Source: Salinispira sp.
GTDB taxonomy: Bacteria; Spirochaetota; Spirochaetia; DSM-27196; Salinispiraceae
Reading direction: 5' to 3'
Length of the DNA: 64,000 nt
Assembly: GCA_965602015.1 (NCBI GenBank)
Contig: OZ271918.1
Span: forward strand, 1,888,001 to 1,952,000
The position numbers and the translations under genes were made by a program. Positions 30,456 through 40,597 of this stretch are shown piece after piece. The notes below the pieces were generated by a model. The model saw nothing but the letters and a program-made list of their open reading frames with translations. It was not told the origin of the DNA and made no database searches. Position 1 is the stretch's first letter. The number at the start of each line of letters is the position of its first letter.

Positions 30456-31901
30456 GTGAATGCAGAAAAGCCCGGACATTATTGCGGGGTTGTTGGAATA
30501 TACAGCCCCGAACCGATAAACATCCCGGAAAAAATTTATTTCCCCCTCTTTTCGCTCCAACACCGGGGGCAGGAAAGCGCCGGCATCGCATTCCGGCAAG
30601 CGGACGAAACAATCGTGCACAAGGATCTTGGCATGGTCAGCACCGTTCTCAGCAGCTACCTCGATTCTGAACATCTTTCCCGGGTAGGCATCGGACATGT
30701 GCGCTACTCCACCCACGGGGGAAACAAAAAAGAAAATGCTCAACCGCTTCTGGTGAACAGCAACAAGGGCGAGATTGCCATTGCCCACAACGGCAACCTC
30801 ACGAACACCCGCGAACTGCAAAAAGAACTCTTTGACGAAGGCGCCATATTCCAGACGACTTCAGACACCGAGGTCATTCTTCATTTGTTGAGCCGTTCTC
30901 GCGCCGATGACTTTCAGCAAGCGCTCATGGAAACCCTGAGCAGGCTGAGAGGGGCATTCTCCATAACCGCCGTTCACGACAACAGCCTGATTGCAATCCG
31001 CGATCCCTGGGGTTTTCGCCCGTTGTACATCGGCGAGTTGGACGGGGTGACGTATCTCGCCTCGGAAACCGTTGCCCTCGATATGATGAGGGTAACGGAA
31101 TACCGTTCGGTAGAGCCGGGGGAAGTCATTGTCATAAACGAATCGGGCCGCCATAGCTATCGGATCGAGAGGGAACCGGAGGGCGTACATCAGTGCGTTT
31201 TTGAAATGATTTACTTCGCCCGACCGGACTCAGAGGTGTACGACAGATCGGTGCATGAATTCCGAAAGAGCATCGGCGCCGCTCTGGCGCGACGGGACAG
31301 GGAGCTGCTCAGCAGGCCCTTCCCTGCGGGAGATGTGGTGGTGCCTGTTCCCGACAGCGGTACAATCGCCGCCCTGGGCTATGCACAGGAGTCCGGTCTG
31401 CCGTTTGAAATGGGTCTGACGAGAAACCACTACACCGGCCGTTCATTTATCATGCCGAGCAATGCGGAGCGCGAACTGATGGTGCGTCTCAAGCTCCATC
31501 CGGTCAAATCGGTAATTAAGGGCCGGAGGGTATTCCTGATCGATGACAGCCTGGTTCGGGGCACCACCGCGAAAATACTGGTAAAACTTATTAAAGAAGC
31601 CGGCGCCGCCGAAGTCCACCTGCGCTTGTCAGCGCCGGAGATCCGTTGGCCGTGCTTTTTCGGAATTGATATACCCACCCGCGACGAGTTGATCAGCAAC
31701 TTCAAAACGCCGGATGAGCTTGCAGAGGAGCTCCAGGCCGATTCGCTTATGTTTCTGGAGGTGGGAGATCTCGAGGAAAACAGCTCTTCGCCCGGGGCAT
31801 TCTGTTATTCCTGTTTCACGGGTACATATCCCTTCGACGTGCCGCTGCGGCCGGAGGCCCGGCGGCTGTATCCCAGAGATAATAAAACCGCAGGAAGATA
31901 A
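30456..31901 (+). CDS. purF: Amidophosphoribosyltransferase
   Basis: Short propeptide then CGVVG; LQHRGQESAG, GHVRYST, DDSLVRGTT. Confidence 0.97.
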   Translation: MNAEKPGHYCGVVGIYSPEPINIPEKIYFPLFSLQHRGQESAGIAFRQADETIVHKDLGMVSTVLSSYLDSEHLSRVGIGHVRYSTHGGNKKENAQPLLVNSNKGEIAIAHNGNLTNTRELQKELFDEGAIFQTTSDTEVILHLLSRSRADDFQQALMETLSRLRGAFSITAVHDNSLIAIRDPWGFRPLYIGELDGVTYLASETVALDMMRVTEYRSVEPGEVIVINESGRHSYRIEREPEGVHQCVFEMIYFARPDSEVYDRSVHEFRKSIGAALARRDRELLSRPFPAGDVVVPVPDSGTIAALGYAQESGLPFEMGLTRNHYTGRSFIMPSNAERELMVRLKLHPVKSVIKGRRVFLIDDSLVRGTTAKILVKLIKEAGAAEVHLRLSAPEIRWPCFFGIDIPTRDELISNFKTPDELAEELQADSLMFLEVGDLEENSSSPGAFCYSCFTGTYPFDVPLRPEARRLYPRDNKTAGR

Positions 31902-31951
31902 GCTTCCGGTAAAATCGCTCCTTCGGAGCATAGTTTGCCTCAGGAGAACGT

Positions 31952-32914
31952 ATGAAACCCAAAAAGTATTCCGAAGCTGGAGTGGACATTGAAAAAGGTG
32001 ACGCGTTTGCCCGCTTCATCGCGGCCATGAAGTCGCCGGCGGTATCTTCAGGCATCGGCGGATTTGCCGGGGGAATAGAGCTTGACTTAATGGGAATAGA
32101 AAACCCCGTAATGCTCAGTTCAACCGACGGCGTCGGCACCAAACTGCTGGTTGCCCGAAAACTGGGAAAGTACCACACTCTGGGCATCGACCTGGTTGCC
32201 ATGTGCGTCAACGACCTCATTGTGGCCGGAGTGAAGCCTCAGATTTTCCTCGACTACATTGCCTGCGGAAAGCTCGAGGAGGGGCTGCTTCATGAGCTAA
32301 TCACCGGAATAGTACAGGGATGCGAGCAGGCGCAATGCGTGCTGGCCGGCGGGGAGACCGCTGAAATGCCCGATTTATACGGACCCGGAGATTTTGATCT
32401 TGCAGGATTCTGCACAGGCGTGGGGGAAAAATCCCGTCTCTTGCCAAAAAAAGAACATTTACGCGAAGGCGACGTGCTATTCGCCCTCCCCTCATCGGGC
32501 ATTCATTCAAACGGCCTGTCGCTGGCGCGCAAACTCGTCGACGATGCTGATATGCCGATGTGGGAAGAACTGCTCACCCCGACCCGAATTTACGTCCGGG
32601 AAATGGCCGAACTCCTGGAGACCGGATGTATACAGGCTGCGGCTCATATTACCGGCGGGGGATTAGCGGGCAATGTTCAGCGGGTGCTCCCCGATGGTCT
32701 GGTGCCCGACTTCAGCTGGGACTGGGAAATTCCCCGGGTCTTCTCCGAGCTGCAGCGCCGGGGAGGAGTTGAAACGGACGAAATGCGCCGGGTATTTAAC
32801 ATGGGACTGGGTATTGTGATGATGGTTTCGGCGGGTGACCGGGCACAGTTTGAAAAACTCGCCGAAAAGGCCGGAATACCCGTGCTACCGGTAGGATCTC
32901 TGGTCCGTGGCTGA
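31952..32914 (+). CDS. purM: Phosphoribosylformylglycinamidine cyclo-ligase
   Basis: YSEAGVDI, TDGVGTK, GGETAEMP, HSNG, HITGGG, FNMG. Confidence 0.97.
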   Translation: MKPKKYSEAGVDIEKGDAFARFIAAMKSPAVSSGIGGFAGGIELDLMGIENPVMLSSTDGVGTKLLVARKLGKYHTLGIDLVAMCVNDLIVAGVKPQIFLDYIACGKLEEGLLHELITGIVQGCEQAQCVLAGGETAEMPDLYGPGDFDLAGFCTGVGEKSRLLPKKEHLREGDVLFALPSSGIHSNGLSLARKLVDDADMPMWEELLTPTRIYVREMAELLETGCIQAAAHITGGGLAGNVQRVLPDGLVPDFSWDWEIPRVFSELQRRGGVETDEMRRVFNMGLGIVMMVSAGDRAQFEKLAEKAGIPVLPVGSLVRG

Positions 32915-33467
32915 CATCGCGGTTTTCGCATCAGGCCGGGGAAGCAATTTTCAGGCAATTCACGAAGACCTGCGCAGAGACGGCCGTCATAAAATTGCAG
33001 TATTGGTGTGCGATCGAAAGGCAGCCCGGGCCCTCGTTTACGCCCGGGAGCAGGGAATACCAGCAGTATATCTGCCGTATAAAGGAAAAAACCCGCAAGA
33101 TGTCGAACGGGAAATAATCGCCGCCCTCGAAGAGTTCAAACCGCGGCTTCTGGTGTTGGCCGGTTATATGAGACTGCTCAGCCCTGTCATCCTTGACGAG
33201 TACGACCAACGGATAATCAATATCCACCCTTCCCTTCTCCCAAGCCATCCCGGGCTCGACAGCATAGAGAGAAGCTGGCTGAGCAATGATGATTACCTGG
33301 GAATCACAATTCACTATGTTGACCGGGGTATTGACACTGGGCGGGTCATTGTTCAGCAGGCGTTTCACCGAAGCGAAGTCCAATCCCTTGAAGCGGCGGA
33401 AAAACGTATTCATGAACTGGAACATTTCTGGTACCCTCTAATAATCAGGGAACTATTAGAGACCTGA
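32907..33467 (+). CDS. purN: Phosphoribosylglycinamide formyltransferase
   Basis: ASGRGSN, LAGYMR, NIHPSLLP. Confidence 0.96.
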   Translation: MADIAVFASGRGSNFQAIHEDLRRDGRHKIAVLVCDRKAARALVYAREQGIPAVYLPYKGKNPQDVEREIIAALEEFKPRLLVLAGYMRLLSPVILDEYDQRIINIHPSLLPSHPGLDSIERSWLSNDDYLGITIHYVDRGIDTGRVIVQQAFHRSEVQSLEAAEKRIHELEHFWYPLIIRELLET

Positions 33468-33538
33468 CGCCAGCACACCTCGGATAGTGCCCGCCCGAAC
33501 CAGGGCACGGGTAACCGGGAATAAATCGGAGGATATGA

Positions 33539-34801
33539 GTGAAAGTACTGGTAGTTGGTAACGGAGGCCGCGAGCACGCAATTGCCTGGAAATTTTCCCA
33601 GAGCACCCGCCACAGCGGGATTTTTTGCGCTCCCGGCAATGCGGGCACCGCAGAATTTGCCGTAAATTTACCAGACATTGCCTCCGACGACACAGCCGGA
33701 GTCTGTCGGGCAGTAGAGGAACATGGCATTGACCTGGTATTCATCGGTTCCGAGCTGCCGCTTTCGATGGGAATGGCTGACGAACTTCGAAAAAAAGGGG
33801 TTCTCTGCGTGGGACCGGGCGCCGACGGGGCCAAGCTTGAATCAAGTAAAGCATACAGCAAAGACTTTATGCTCCGCCACCACATCCCGACGGCTGAGGC
33901 GCGGGTTATTTCCACGGCAGATGAACTGGAAACCTATCTCAAAACTGCGGATTACCCCCTCGTTGTGAAAAAGAGCGGACTAGCCTCCGGCAAGGGCGTT
34001 CTTGAAACGACGTCGTATAAGGAAGCGATTTCCTTCGCCTCGGAGTATATCGGTGAAGGCCAGGTCGTGGTGGAAGAATATCTCAGGGGATATGAAGTAT
34101 CGATATTCGCCCTGAGCGACGGCGAGAATCACCTGGTCCTGCCCGCGGCGGCTGATTATAAAAAGGCCGGCGAAAACAACAGCGGCCCCAACACCGGGGG
34201 CATGGGCGTGGTTTGTCCCGTGCCCTGGTTCGACACCGGCCTTATGGGGGAGATTCGCCAGCACATAATCGAGCCCAGCTTTACCGGACTGCGCAGTGAC
34301 GGCATAGATTACCGGGGCATCTTATATATCGGCCTTATGATTACTGAGGAAGGACCCAAGGTACTGGAATACAATGTGCGTTTCGGCGATCCCGAAGCCC
34401 AGGCCCTTGTGCCGCTGATACGAAACGATTTCTGCAACCTGTTCGAGGCCGTGGCGGCCGGGAGGCTCAAGGATATAGTCCTGGACGTATCGGACTCCCA
34501 GAGCCTTTGTGTCGTTGTGGCGGCAGAGGGATATCCGGGCCCCTATAAAAAATCTCTGCAAGTCGATCTCGTCCAGGCGAGCGAGGACCGTACCACTCAT
34601 CTCTTCCACGCTTCCACCTATCTCGATGAAGGCACTCTGCGAACCAACGGCGGACGCTGCTTCGCGGCAGTGGGAACCGGGAGCGATTTTCTGAAAGCCC
34701 GCAAGCGGAGCTACGAGCTGGCATCAAAGGTGCGCTTCGAAGGGGCCTGGTTCAGAAAGGACATCGGCAACCGCATTTTCGGCAATAACTCCATCGGCTA
34801 A
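33539..34801 (+). CDS. purD: Phosphoribosylamine-glycine ligase
   Basis: GNGGREHA, LESSKAYSK, GPNTGGMG, EYNVRFGDPE. Confidence 0.97.
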   Translation: MKVLVVGNGGREHAIAWKFSQSTRHSGIFCAPGNAGTAEFAVNLPDIASDDTAGVCRAVEEHGIDLVFIGSELPLSMGMADELRKKGVLCVGPGADGAKLESSKAYSKDFMLRHHIPTAEARVISTADELETYLKTADYPLVVKKSGLASGKGVLETTSYKEAISFASEYIGEGQVVVEEYLRGYEVSIFALSDGENHLVLPAAADYKKAGENNSGPNTGGMGVVCPVPWFDTGLMGEIRQHIIEPSFTGLRSDGIDYRGILYIGLMITEEGPKVLEYNVRFGDPEAQALVPLIRNDFCNLFEAVAAGRLKDIVLDVSDSQSLCVVVAAEGYPGPYKKSLQVDLVQASEDRTTHLFHASTYLDEGTLRTNGGRCFAAVGTGSDFLKARKRSYELASKVRFEGAWFRKDIGNRIFGNNSIG

Positions 34802-34871
34802 GCGTTCCCCGGGGAATGACAATCCACCGAGGACATCTTTACTCCATCACAGACTGCGACCTGGGGCAAAA

Positions 34872-36344
34872 CTCACAGAACGGGGAGACAGCGCCACAAT
34901 CACCGACACTAAAATCACCATCAACCGGACAGGAACCTACCGCCACTACAGCTGGGACCTGTTAAACCGCCTGGAAAACGTCGAAGAGCTCGATGAACAC
35001 GGCAATCTGGTCGTGATAAAAGAATACGGCTATGATGTGAATAACCTGAGGATATGGGAGAAAAACCGACACGGCCAAATCACCCATTACGTCTTCGACC
35101 ACAAGGGCAACAGAATCGAACGGCACACAGACGAAAAGAGCGAATACTACATCTTCAGAAACCTCCACCACATCGCCAAACGGGTGGTAGACCACAGCAC
35201 CAACACCGAAAAGACCTACTTCTACGGCACAGACCACCTGGGAAGCACCGTGCTGATGACAGACGAAGACGGCAACGAAGTTTTCTCAGCAGAGACCACC
35301 CCCTTCGGCGACTCGGTCTCTGAGTCAGGAGCCATGGCCGACACAGAAAACCTCATGTACACCGGAAAGGACCTAGATGAAGATACCGGGCTGTACTACT
35401 TTAATGCACGCTGGTATGACCCAACGGTGGGTAGGTTTATAAGCGAGGATCCGGCGAGGTTTGGCGCGAACTGGTACCGGTATGCTGCAAGCAATCCCCT
35501 CAAATACTTCGATCCAACCGGACTGAATGAAGTGAGCTGGGATACAACGATCTTCGATGCAGGGGATTATCACACAGATACCCCTGAAAATGAGAATTAT
35601 GAAAACGTAGAAGAAACAACAACAGAGGTTGCCACCTATGAGGAAATTACTGAACAGATCAATCACGTCTCCACTGGTATTTCTGCCCAGGAAACGATAA
35701 CCCAGCAGTCAGAAAAACTCGTTGAACTATCACAACAAAATACCAGTGAGATGACTCTTGATGAATTTCTATCTCACCAGCAGGAGATGCAGGATTTAGC
35801 AAAAGAGTTGTTACAAGGAATCCTGGATTATCGTGCAGCGGGATATAATAGCTCAAATTCAGATGAAAACGAAAATTCTCAGAACAATCAAAACATCGAT
35901 ATCGATAGCCGTGGTTTTATTATCTCTTTTGGCTTCACAGGTTTTATAGGAGCCGGTGGTGGCTCCTCGATATCTGGAGGTATTAATTTTGGTATAGATT
36001 TTAACAACGGGGATGTTTTAATGAATTTCTCTGCAGCCCCAAGCGCAGGTCTATTAGTTGGTGCATCTGGGTTTGCTGGTGGGTATTTAGCTATTACACC
36101 TATGGAAACTGATCCTGATGTCCTTGCTGGCAATTTTCTACAAATTGGTCTTTCTGCGGGTGAAGGAAAAGGAATGGGCATTGATATAGCTCTTCCTTTT
36201 CAGCAGGGTGTTAATCCAACCTTGACTGGATCATACGGTGCTACAATAAAATTCCCGATTCCAGGTGAATTTCATATTTATGGAGGTCAAACAACAGTGA
36301 CTGATTCGATCAAAATATTCGATTTTAGACCATTCCGAAAATGA
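34872..36344 (+). CDS. Orphan Rhs cassette 1: N-truncated Rhs core plus C-terminal toxin 1 (ORF call 35013-36344; homologous frame starts about 34872)
   Basis: DHLGST, YTGKDLDEDTGLYYFNARWYDP..GRFISEDP, PLKYFDPTGL; Gly-rich hydrophobic tail. Confidence 0.88.
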   Translation, partial: LTERGDSATITDTKITINRTGTYRHYSWDLLNRLENVEELDEHGNLVVIKEYGYDVNNLRIWEKNRHGQITHYVFDHKGNRIERHTDEKSEYYIFRNLHHIAKRVVDHSTNTEKTYFYGTDHLGSTVLMTDEDGNEVFSAETTPFGDSVSESGAMADTENLMYTGKDLDEDTGLYYFNARWYDPTVGRFISEDPARFGANWYRYAASNPLKYFDPTGLNEVSWDTTIFDAGDYHTDTPENENYENVEETTTEVATYEEITEQINHVSTGISAQETITQQSEKLVELSQQNTSEMTLDEFLSHQQEMQDLAKELLQGILDYRAAGYNSSNSDENENSQNNQNIDIDSRGFIISFGFTGFIGAGGGSSISGGINFGIDFNNGDVLMNFSAAPSAGLLVGASGFAGGYLAITPMETDPDVLAGNFLQIGLSAGEGKGMGIDIALPFQQGVNPTLTGSYGATIKFPIPGEFHIYGGQTTVTDSIKIFDFRPFRK

Positions 36345-36724
36345 TATTTCAAACACTTTTTATGTACTTATCATTCCTGATCGTGCTTCTATCAATAATA
36401 ATAATCAGAAAGAGGAATCAAGCAAAAGCTAGGATCACATCGGAGAAAGCTCAGAAGGGTATTATTTGTGGTGTAAGGTATAATGGGTTGAGCGCTTCAG
36501 CTCCATTTGCATCGCTGAGAATTTTTGAAAATTCGATTCAAGTCAATATTTTAGGTAGGACTGCGCTCTATAAGGATCTAAGTAATCTGGTATCCACTGA
36601 AAAAAAGAAAGGATTATTTGACCTTGGTCTCGAACTAAGATTTGATTCTGGAGAAAAAATAATTATTTGGACAAAATATTCTTATTCGCTTTTTGATTTG
36701 CTAATGGAAATAGAGCATACATGA
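36341..36724 (+). CDS. Putative immunity protein 1 (membrane-anchored)
   Basis: ATGA overlap with the toxin stop; AT-rich; N-terminal TM helix. Confidence 0.65.
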   Translation: MIFQTLFMYLSFLIVLLSIIIIRKRNQAKARITSEKAQKGIICGVRYNGLSASAPFASLRIFENSIQVNILGRTALYKDLSNLVSTEKKKGLFDLGLELRFDSGEKIIIWTKYSYSLFDLLMEIEHT

Positions 36725-36728
36725 TCAA

Positions 36729-36797
36729 CCCACAAGACCTGACTTGAGCTGCGCCGGATCCAATCCCGGCGTCAGCTCCAAGTATCCTTCTTATGGG
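36729..36797 (-). repeat. 69-bp attC-like palindrome, copy 1
   Basis: CCCACAAGACCTGACTTGAGCTGCGCCGGATCCAATCCCGGCGTCAGCTCCAAGTATCCTTCTTATGGG; one substitution relative to copies 2 and 3. Confidence 0.85.
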
Positions 36798-36931
36798 GGT
36801 TGAGCCGGCAAACGAGTTCTTTGAAATACGTCAGTCAGTGACGGACCCATCGAAGAGCATCTTGTTCCCGTAGAGCAAGAACTCTTCTGCTGACCGCTGA
36901 TGCTTGCAGCAGCCTGCAGAAGAGAAAAACG

Positions 36932-37303
36932 TCAGACCACAAAACGCTTGAAGTCCACCCGGCTGCCGTTGAAGTTGACCAGGTAGCCCACCCGGATGCC
37001 CGAAAGCCTGAGGTAGTTTATGAGCTGGGCTTCCATAACAGCCGTGAGCTTTGAAACGCTCTTGAGCTCGAGAATGACCTTGCCCTCGACCACCAGGTCG
37101 GCAATGTATGCTCCGGCAAGCTCCCCTTTGTAGTACACCGGATAGACCTTCTGCTGTTCCACCGTGAGATTTAACCTCCGGCACTCAATAACCAGCGCAC
37201 CCTCGTACGCACTTTCCAAAAGCCCGGGACCCAGGATGTTGTGCACCGAATACAACGCCCCTACCACCGTGTATGACAGTTCCTTGAAAAGATACTCAGC
37301 CAT
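36932..37303 (-). CDS. GxxExxY protein (PD-(D/E)xK nuclease superfamily), copy 1
   Basis: LGPGLLESAYE, ADLVVEGKVILELKS, AQLINYL, GYLVNF; SD AAGGAGG. Confidence 0.92.
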   Translation of the reverse strand: MAEYLFKELSYTVVGALYSVHNILGPGLLESAYEGALVIECRRLNLTVEQQKVYPVYYKGELAGAYIADLVVEGKVILELKSVSKLTAVMEAQLINYLRLSGIRVGYLVNFNGSRVDFKRFVV

Positions 37304-37698
37304 GCTGACCTCCTTTTTCAAGGAAGCAGTCTCGCAGCGACGAGCGGTCAATGCCCGATAATTGGCGTACCGCAGCCATCATGCATGGCGAGGAACGCCA
37401 ATATGAAGAGCGAAGCGCGGCTTGACCGCGAGGAGCGGAGAGATACACTTGAAAAAAACGGAGGAAGCCAGACAGCTCAAGCCCGTGAAATAAGGCGCGA
37501 ATCCTCGCGCCCCATTCTTTCCTTTCTTACAACATACCATCAGCAGAGAAATCCCTTTTACAAAACTGCCCCGGTCACCAAACCAAATCCGTGAATATTG
37601 GTGCTGATACGTGGTACACCCCAACTCCCTAATACGTGGCTTACCAACCTTATCGCTGCTGACCAAAAATCTACAATCTCGGCCAAATCCAATCGGCA

Positions 37699-38315
37699 AT
37701 GATCATCACAGAAGCCGGAAGCGAAGAATGGAAACCCAATCCCCTTCAGCGAAGCCATGGGGTAGTGCAATCCGACGTCCTGGGCACCACACCATTCACC
37801 ATAGACCAGAGGGACCTGGAACTCACCACCACCGCAGACAGCCTGGTCATAGACACCGGCTTCGGCTACACCCTCAAACGCATTGAAATACCCTTTGAGG
37901 CCCTCGATGCAGCCCAGATGAGGCCGGAAACCCTCCAGGTCTATACCGCGCTATACAACAGCGAAATAGCATACGAACGCCAGGAAGAGGCTCACATAAG
38001 CATCAGCCACAACACCGTAACCATCACCTTTCCGGCACCAGTGTTTACCCGCTACGTCAAACTCCATTCAACCGTCCACACCCTCGCTGACGATGGGGAT
38101 GAGCGAAATACTGGTACGATATTCCAGGCCGATGCCAGCGAAATCATCGTCACCGCCATCACCGGGGGCCGCAACGAGTTCTACAACTACACCCCCGACG
38201 GCAACCGCTCCATGCGAAGCATCCTCGCCGGCAGCATGCAGAGTGAACAATACCAGTACTACCCCAACTCAGACCTGCTCCAATACGACGGAACCTACTA
38301 CTATGCATACGATGC
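37699..38315 (+). pseudogene. Rhs cassette 2, 5' fragment truncated by IS66
   Basis: Ends in GRNEFYNYTPDGNR...YYYAYD, shared with cassettes 3 and 4, then abuts the IS66 TIR. Confidence 0.8.
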
Positions 38316-38327
38316 GTAAGCGTCAAT

Positions 38328-39908
38328 TTAAGCCTGCACGATTGACTTCAGCTCCAGTAATTCGTCTTTGATGTTCCAGGGCAGCAGATCTTCCCAGTTC
38401 CCGGAATCCCCAATCTCTGGCGCTTTGGTGAAGACATGCACCAGATACCCATAGGGATTCAGTCCGTTCTGTCGGGCTGTCTCGATAAGCGAAAACATAA
38501 AACAGGAGCTTTCAGCGCCTCCCGGGCTTCCCGAGAACAGCCAGTTCTTTCGGCCGAGAACAAAAGGACGGATTGCATTCTCCGCGCCATTGTTGTCCGG
38601 GGTCAGATGCGGACTCTCTACATATTTCATGACCTTATCCCATTGCGACAGGGCGTAGGTCACCGCCTGCCCGACAGCGCTTGATGGACGAACGCTTAGC
38701 GCTTTCTTTTCGAGCCAGGCTTTGAATCTCTCTGCTACCGGGGCAATGCGGGCTTTGCGCTTCTGGGCAAACTCATCATCACTCAGGTTTTGGCTACGCA
38801 GCTCTTTCTCAATGCGGTAGAACTCGGCGATCTTCGATATGGCCTCATGAGCGCTTCCGGCTTTCTTTGAGGATTTGCCCGCTTCAAAGAATTTCCGGCG
38901 GACATGGGCCATACACCCCACGTGAATAATGTCAGGCCGGTCCTTCAATGTCGTTTCATACCCCACATAGCCATCGGTTTGCAGGTAGCCTGAAAAACCT
39001 GAGAGATAGGCTTTCGCATACTCCGATCCGCGGCTTCGGTGGTAGGCATAATCCACCACCGGTTTCCCAGGCGGACCTCCCCGGGCAAGCCACATATAGG
39101 ACTTGCTGGTGTTGGATTTCTCCGGCTCGTTCATAACCTGAACGGTTGTTTCATCCATTTGAATGACTGGGCCGGATTCTAACTGCTGTTTGAGCAGATC
39201 CTTCAGCGGCTTCAATGCCTGATACGCCTTCTGCTGCCAATTGGACATGTCCTGCCGGCTGATCCTAGCCCCAACCCGCTCAAAGCGCTTTTCCTGGCGG
39301 TAGTACGGCAGGTGATCGACGAATTTATTCTGAATAATGAAGGCCAGAAGCTCCGGGGTCGCAATGCTCTTGGGGATGATGGACGGCGGAACCGGCGCAA
39401 TGCGGAACACCGGTTTGTCTTCATCCCCGGAACCCTCGCAGTTCCGGCAGGCGTACTTGGGCCTGATATGCCGTTCGACGAAAAACTGCTCGGGGATGGT
39501 TTTCAGTTTTTCGCTGACTTCTTCGTCAATTTTGGAAAGCTCGTGCCCGCAGGCGCAGCGTTTCTGGTCTTCTGAGATGTCGTGGATCACATCGACCCTG
39601 GGAAGGTCATCGGATAAAGGCTTTCGCCCCCGCTTCTTCCGCGTATGTGAGGTGACCGTGGTGAGAGAACTGTCGGTTTCCGGCTCATCGGGCGGTGTTG
39701 ACTGAATCTCCCGTTCCTCAAAGAGCATGGCCTGCAGCAGCTCTTCAGCTGATTCACTGCTTCGGGCAAACTTCCGGAACCGGGCCAGCTTGAGCTGTTC
39801 CTGAAGGTCTTCGATTTCCAGTTCCTGCTCTGAAATTCTGGAACCGAGTGCGACTATGTGAGCCTGGACTTCCTCGGGTAACTGTTCAATCTCCGCCGCA
39901 CTCAGCAT
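38328..39908 (-). CDS. tnpC: IS66 transposase TnpC
   Basis: HLPYYRQ, QMDET, LQTDGY, GCMAHVRRKF, DNNGAENAIR, GRKNWLF. Confidence 0.96.
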   Translation of the reverse strand: MLSAAEIEQLPEEVQAHIVALGSRISEQELEIEDLQEQLKLARFRKFARSSESAEELLQAMLFEEREIQSTPPDEPETDSSLTTVTSHTRKKRGRKPLSDDLPRVDVIHDISEDQKRCACGHELSKIDEEVSEKLKTIPEQFFVERHIRPKYACRNCEGSGDEDKPVFRIAPVPPSIIPKSIATPELLAFIIQNKFVDHLPYYRQEKRFERVGARISRQDMSNWQQKAYQALKPLKDLLKQQLESGPVIQMDETTVQVMNEPEKSNTSKSYMWLARGGPPGKPVVDYAYHRSRGSEYAKAYLSGFSGYLQTDGYVGYETTLKDRPDIIHVGCMAHVRRKFFEAGKSSKKAGSAHEAISKIAEFYRIEKELRSQNLSDDEFAQKRKARIAPVAERFKAWLEKKALSVRPSSAVGQAVTYALSQWDKVMKYVESPHLTPDNNGAENAIRPFVLGRKNWLFSGSPGGAESSCFMFSLIETARQNGLNPYGYLVHVFTKAPEIGDSGNWEDLLPWNIKDELLELKSIVQA

Positions 39909-39950
39909 GGGTGAAATTCTAGCATAAAGGGATTAATCGATGGAAGAGGA

Positions 39951-40298
39951 TTAGTTGCATTCGGCATACTGAACTGCTTTGTGGGCGTGCCAAAAATCAA
40001 TGCCATCGAGCAACATCTTGAGTTCGCCCACAGTGATCTGCCGGGCCTGCTCCTCGGTGTTCGGCCAGGGAAAGCGGTCCTTTTCCAGACGCTTGAGCCA
40101 TAGACAGAATCCGTTGCGGTCCCAGTACACGCATTTGATCAACCGACGGTCCCGGTTGCAGAACAGGAACAGGGAGCCTGACATCGCCGACCGGTTCATC
40201 TGCTGTTCAACAATAACAGACAGACCATTCACCTGTTTGCGCATGTCCGTTACCCCCGGGCGGACATAGATTTCCAATCCGGTGAGATCCAGCATCAT
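39951..40298 (-). CDS. tnpB: IS66 accessory protein TnpB
   Basis: TDMRKQVNGL, LFLFCNR, WDRNGFCLWLKRLE. Confidence 0.95.
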   Translation of the reverse strand: MMLDLTGLEIYVRPGVTDMRKQVNGLSVIVEQQMNRSAMSGSLFLFCNRDRRLIKCVYWDRNGFCLWLKRLEKDRFPWPNTEEQARQITVGELKMLLDGIDFWHAHKAVQYAECN

Positions 40299-40597
40299 AC
40301 AAAAGCCGCCAGTACTTCCCGCAGGCGGGCGGAGGAGATTCCATCTGCCAACAGAATGCGAAACCGCCGATCGATCTCGATGATGATTTCCGTCGAACAG
40401 TCTGAGGTGGCAGGTGGCGTGATTCGGACCAACTCGGGTAGCGCTGCTTGGGCGGCCGAAGCCTTTTTTAGCCGCTTCATCCAGTAATGCAGGGTTGAAA
40501 GCTTGATATCCCGGGCCCGACAGAACTCTTTCTGCGTCTGTCCGCTTTCCCGCCACTGGCTAATGACCTCTTGCCACTGTTCAATCTTCGCATCCAT
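40295..40597 (-). CDS. tnpA: IS66 accessory protein TnpA
   Basis: WRESGQTQKEFC...STLHYW HTH. Confidence 0.88.
   Translation of the reverse strand: MDAKIEQWQEVISQWRESGQTQKEFCRARDIKLSTLHYWMKRLKKASAAQAALPELVRITPPATSDCSTEIIIEIDRRFRILLADGISSARLREVLAAFV

Larger units (their letters stand above)
36729..37642. repeat. Conserved inter-cassette module, copy 1 (palindrome, hairpins, GxxExxY gene)
   Basis: Homologous to 42121-45205 (minus IS21), 47318-48235 and 49985-50335. Confidence 0.9.

Noticed and set aside
37379..37699. Short ORFs inside the conserved modules (also 44873-45170, 47885-48128, 50109-50339)
   Set aside because: Frames and lengths are not preserved between copies while the hairpins are, so the region is treated as non-coding.
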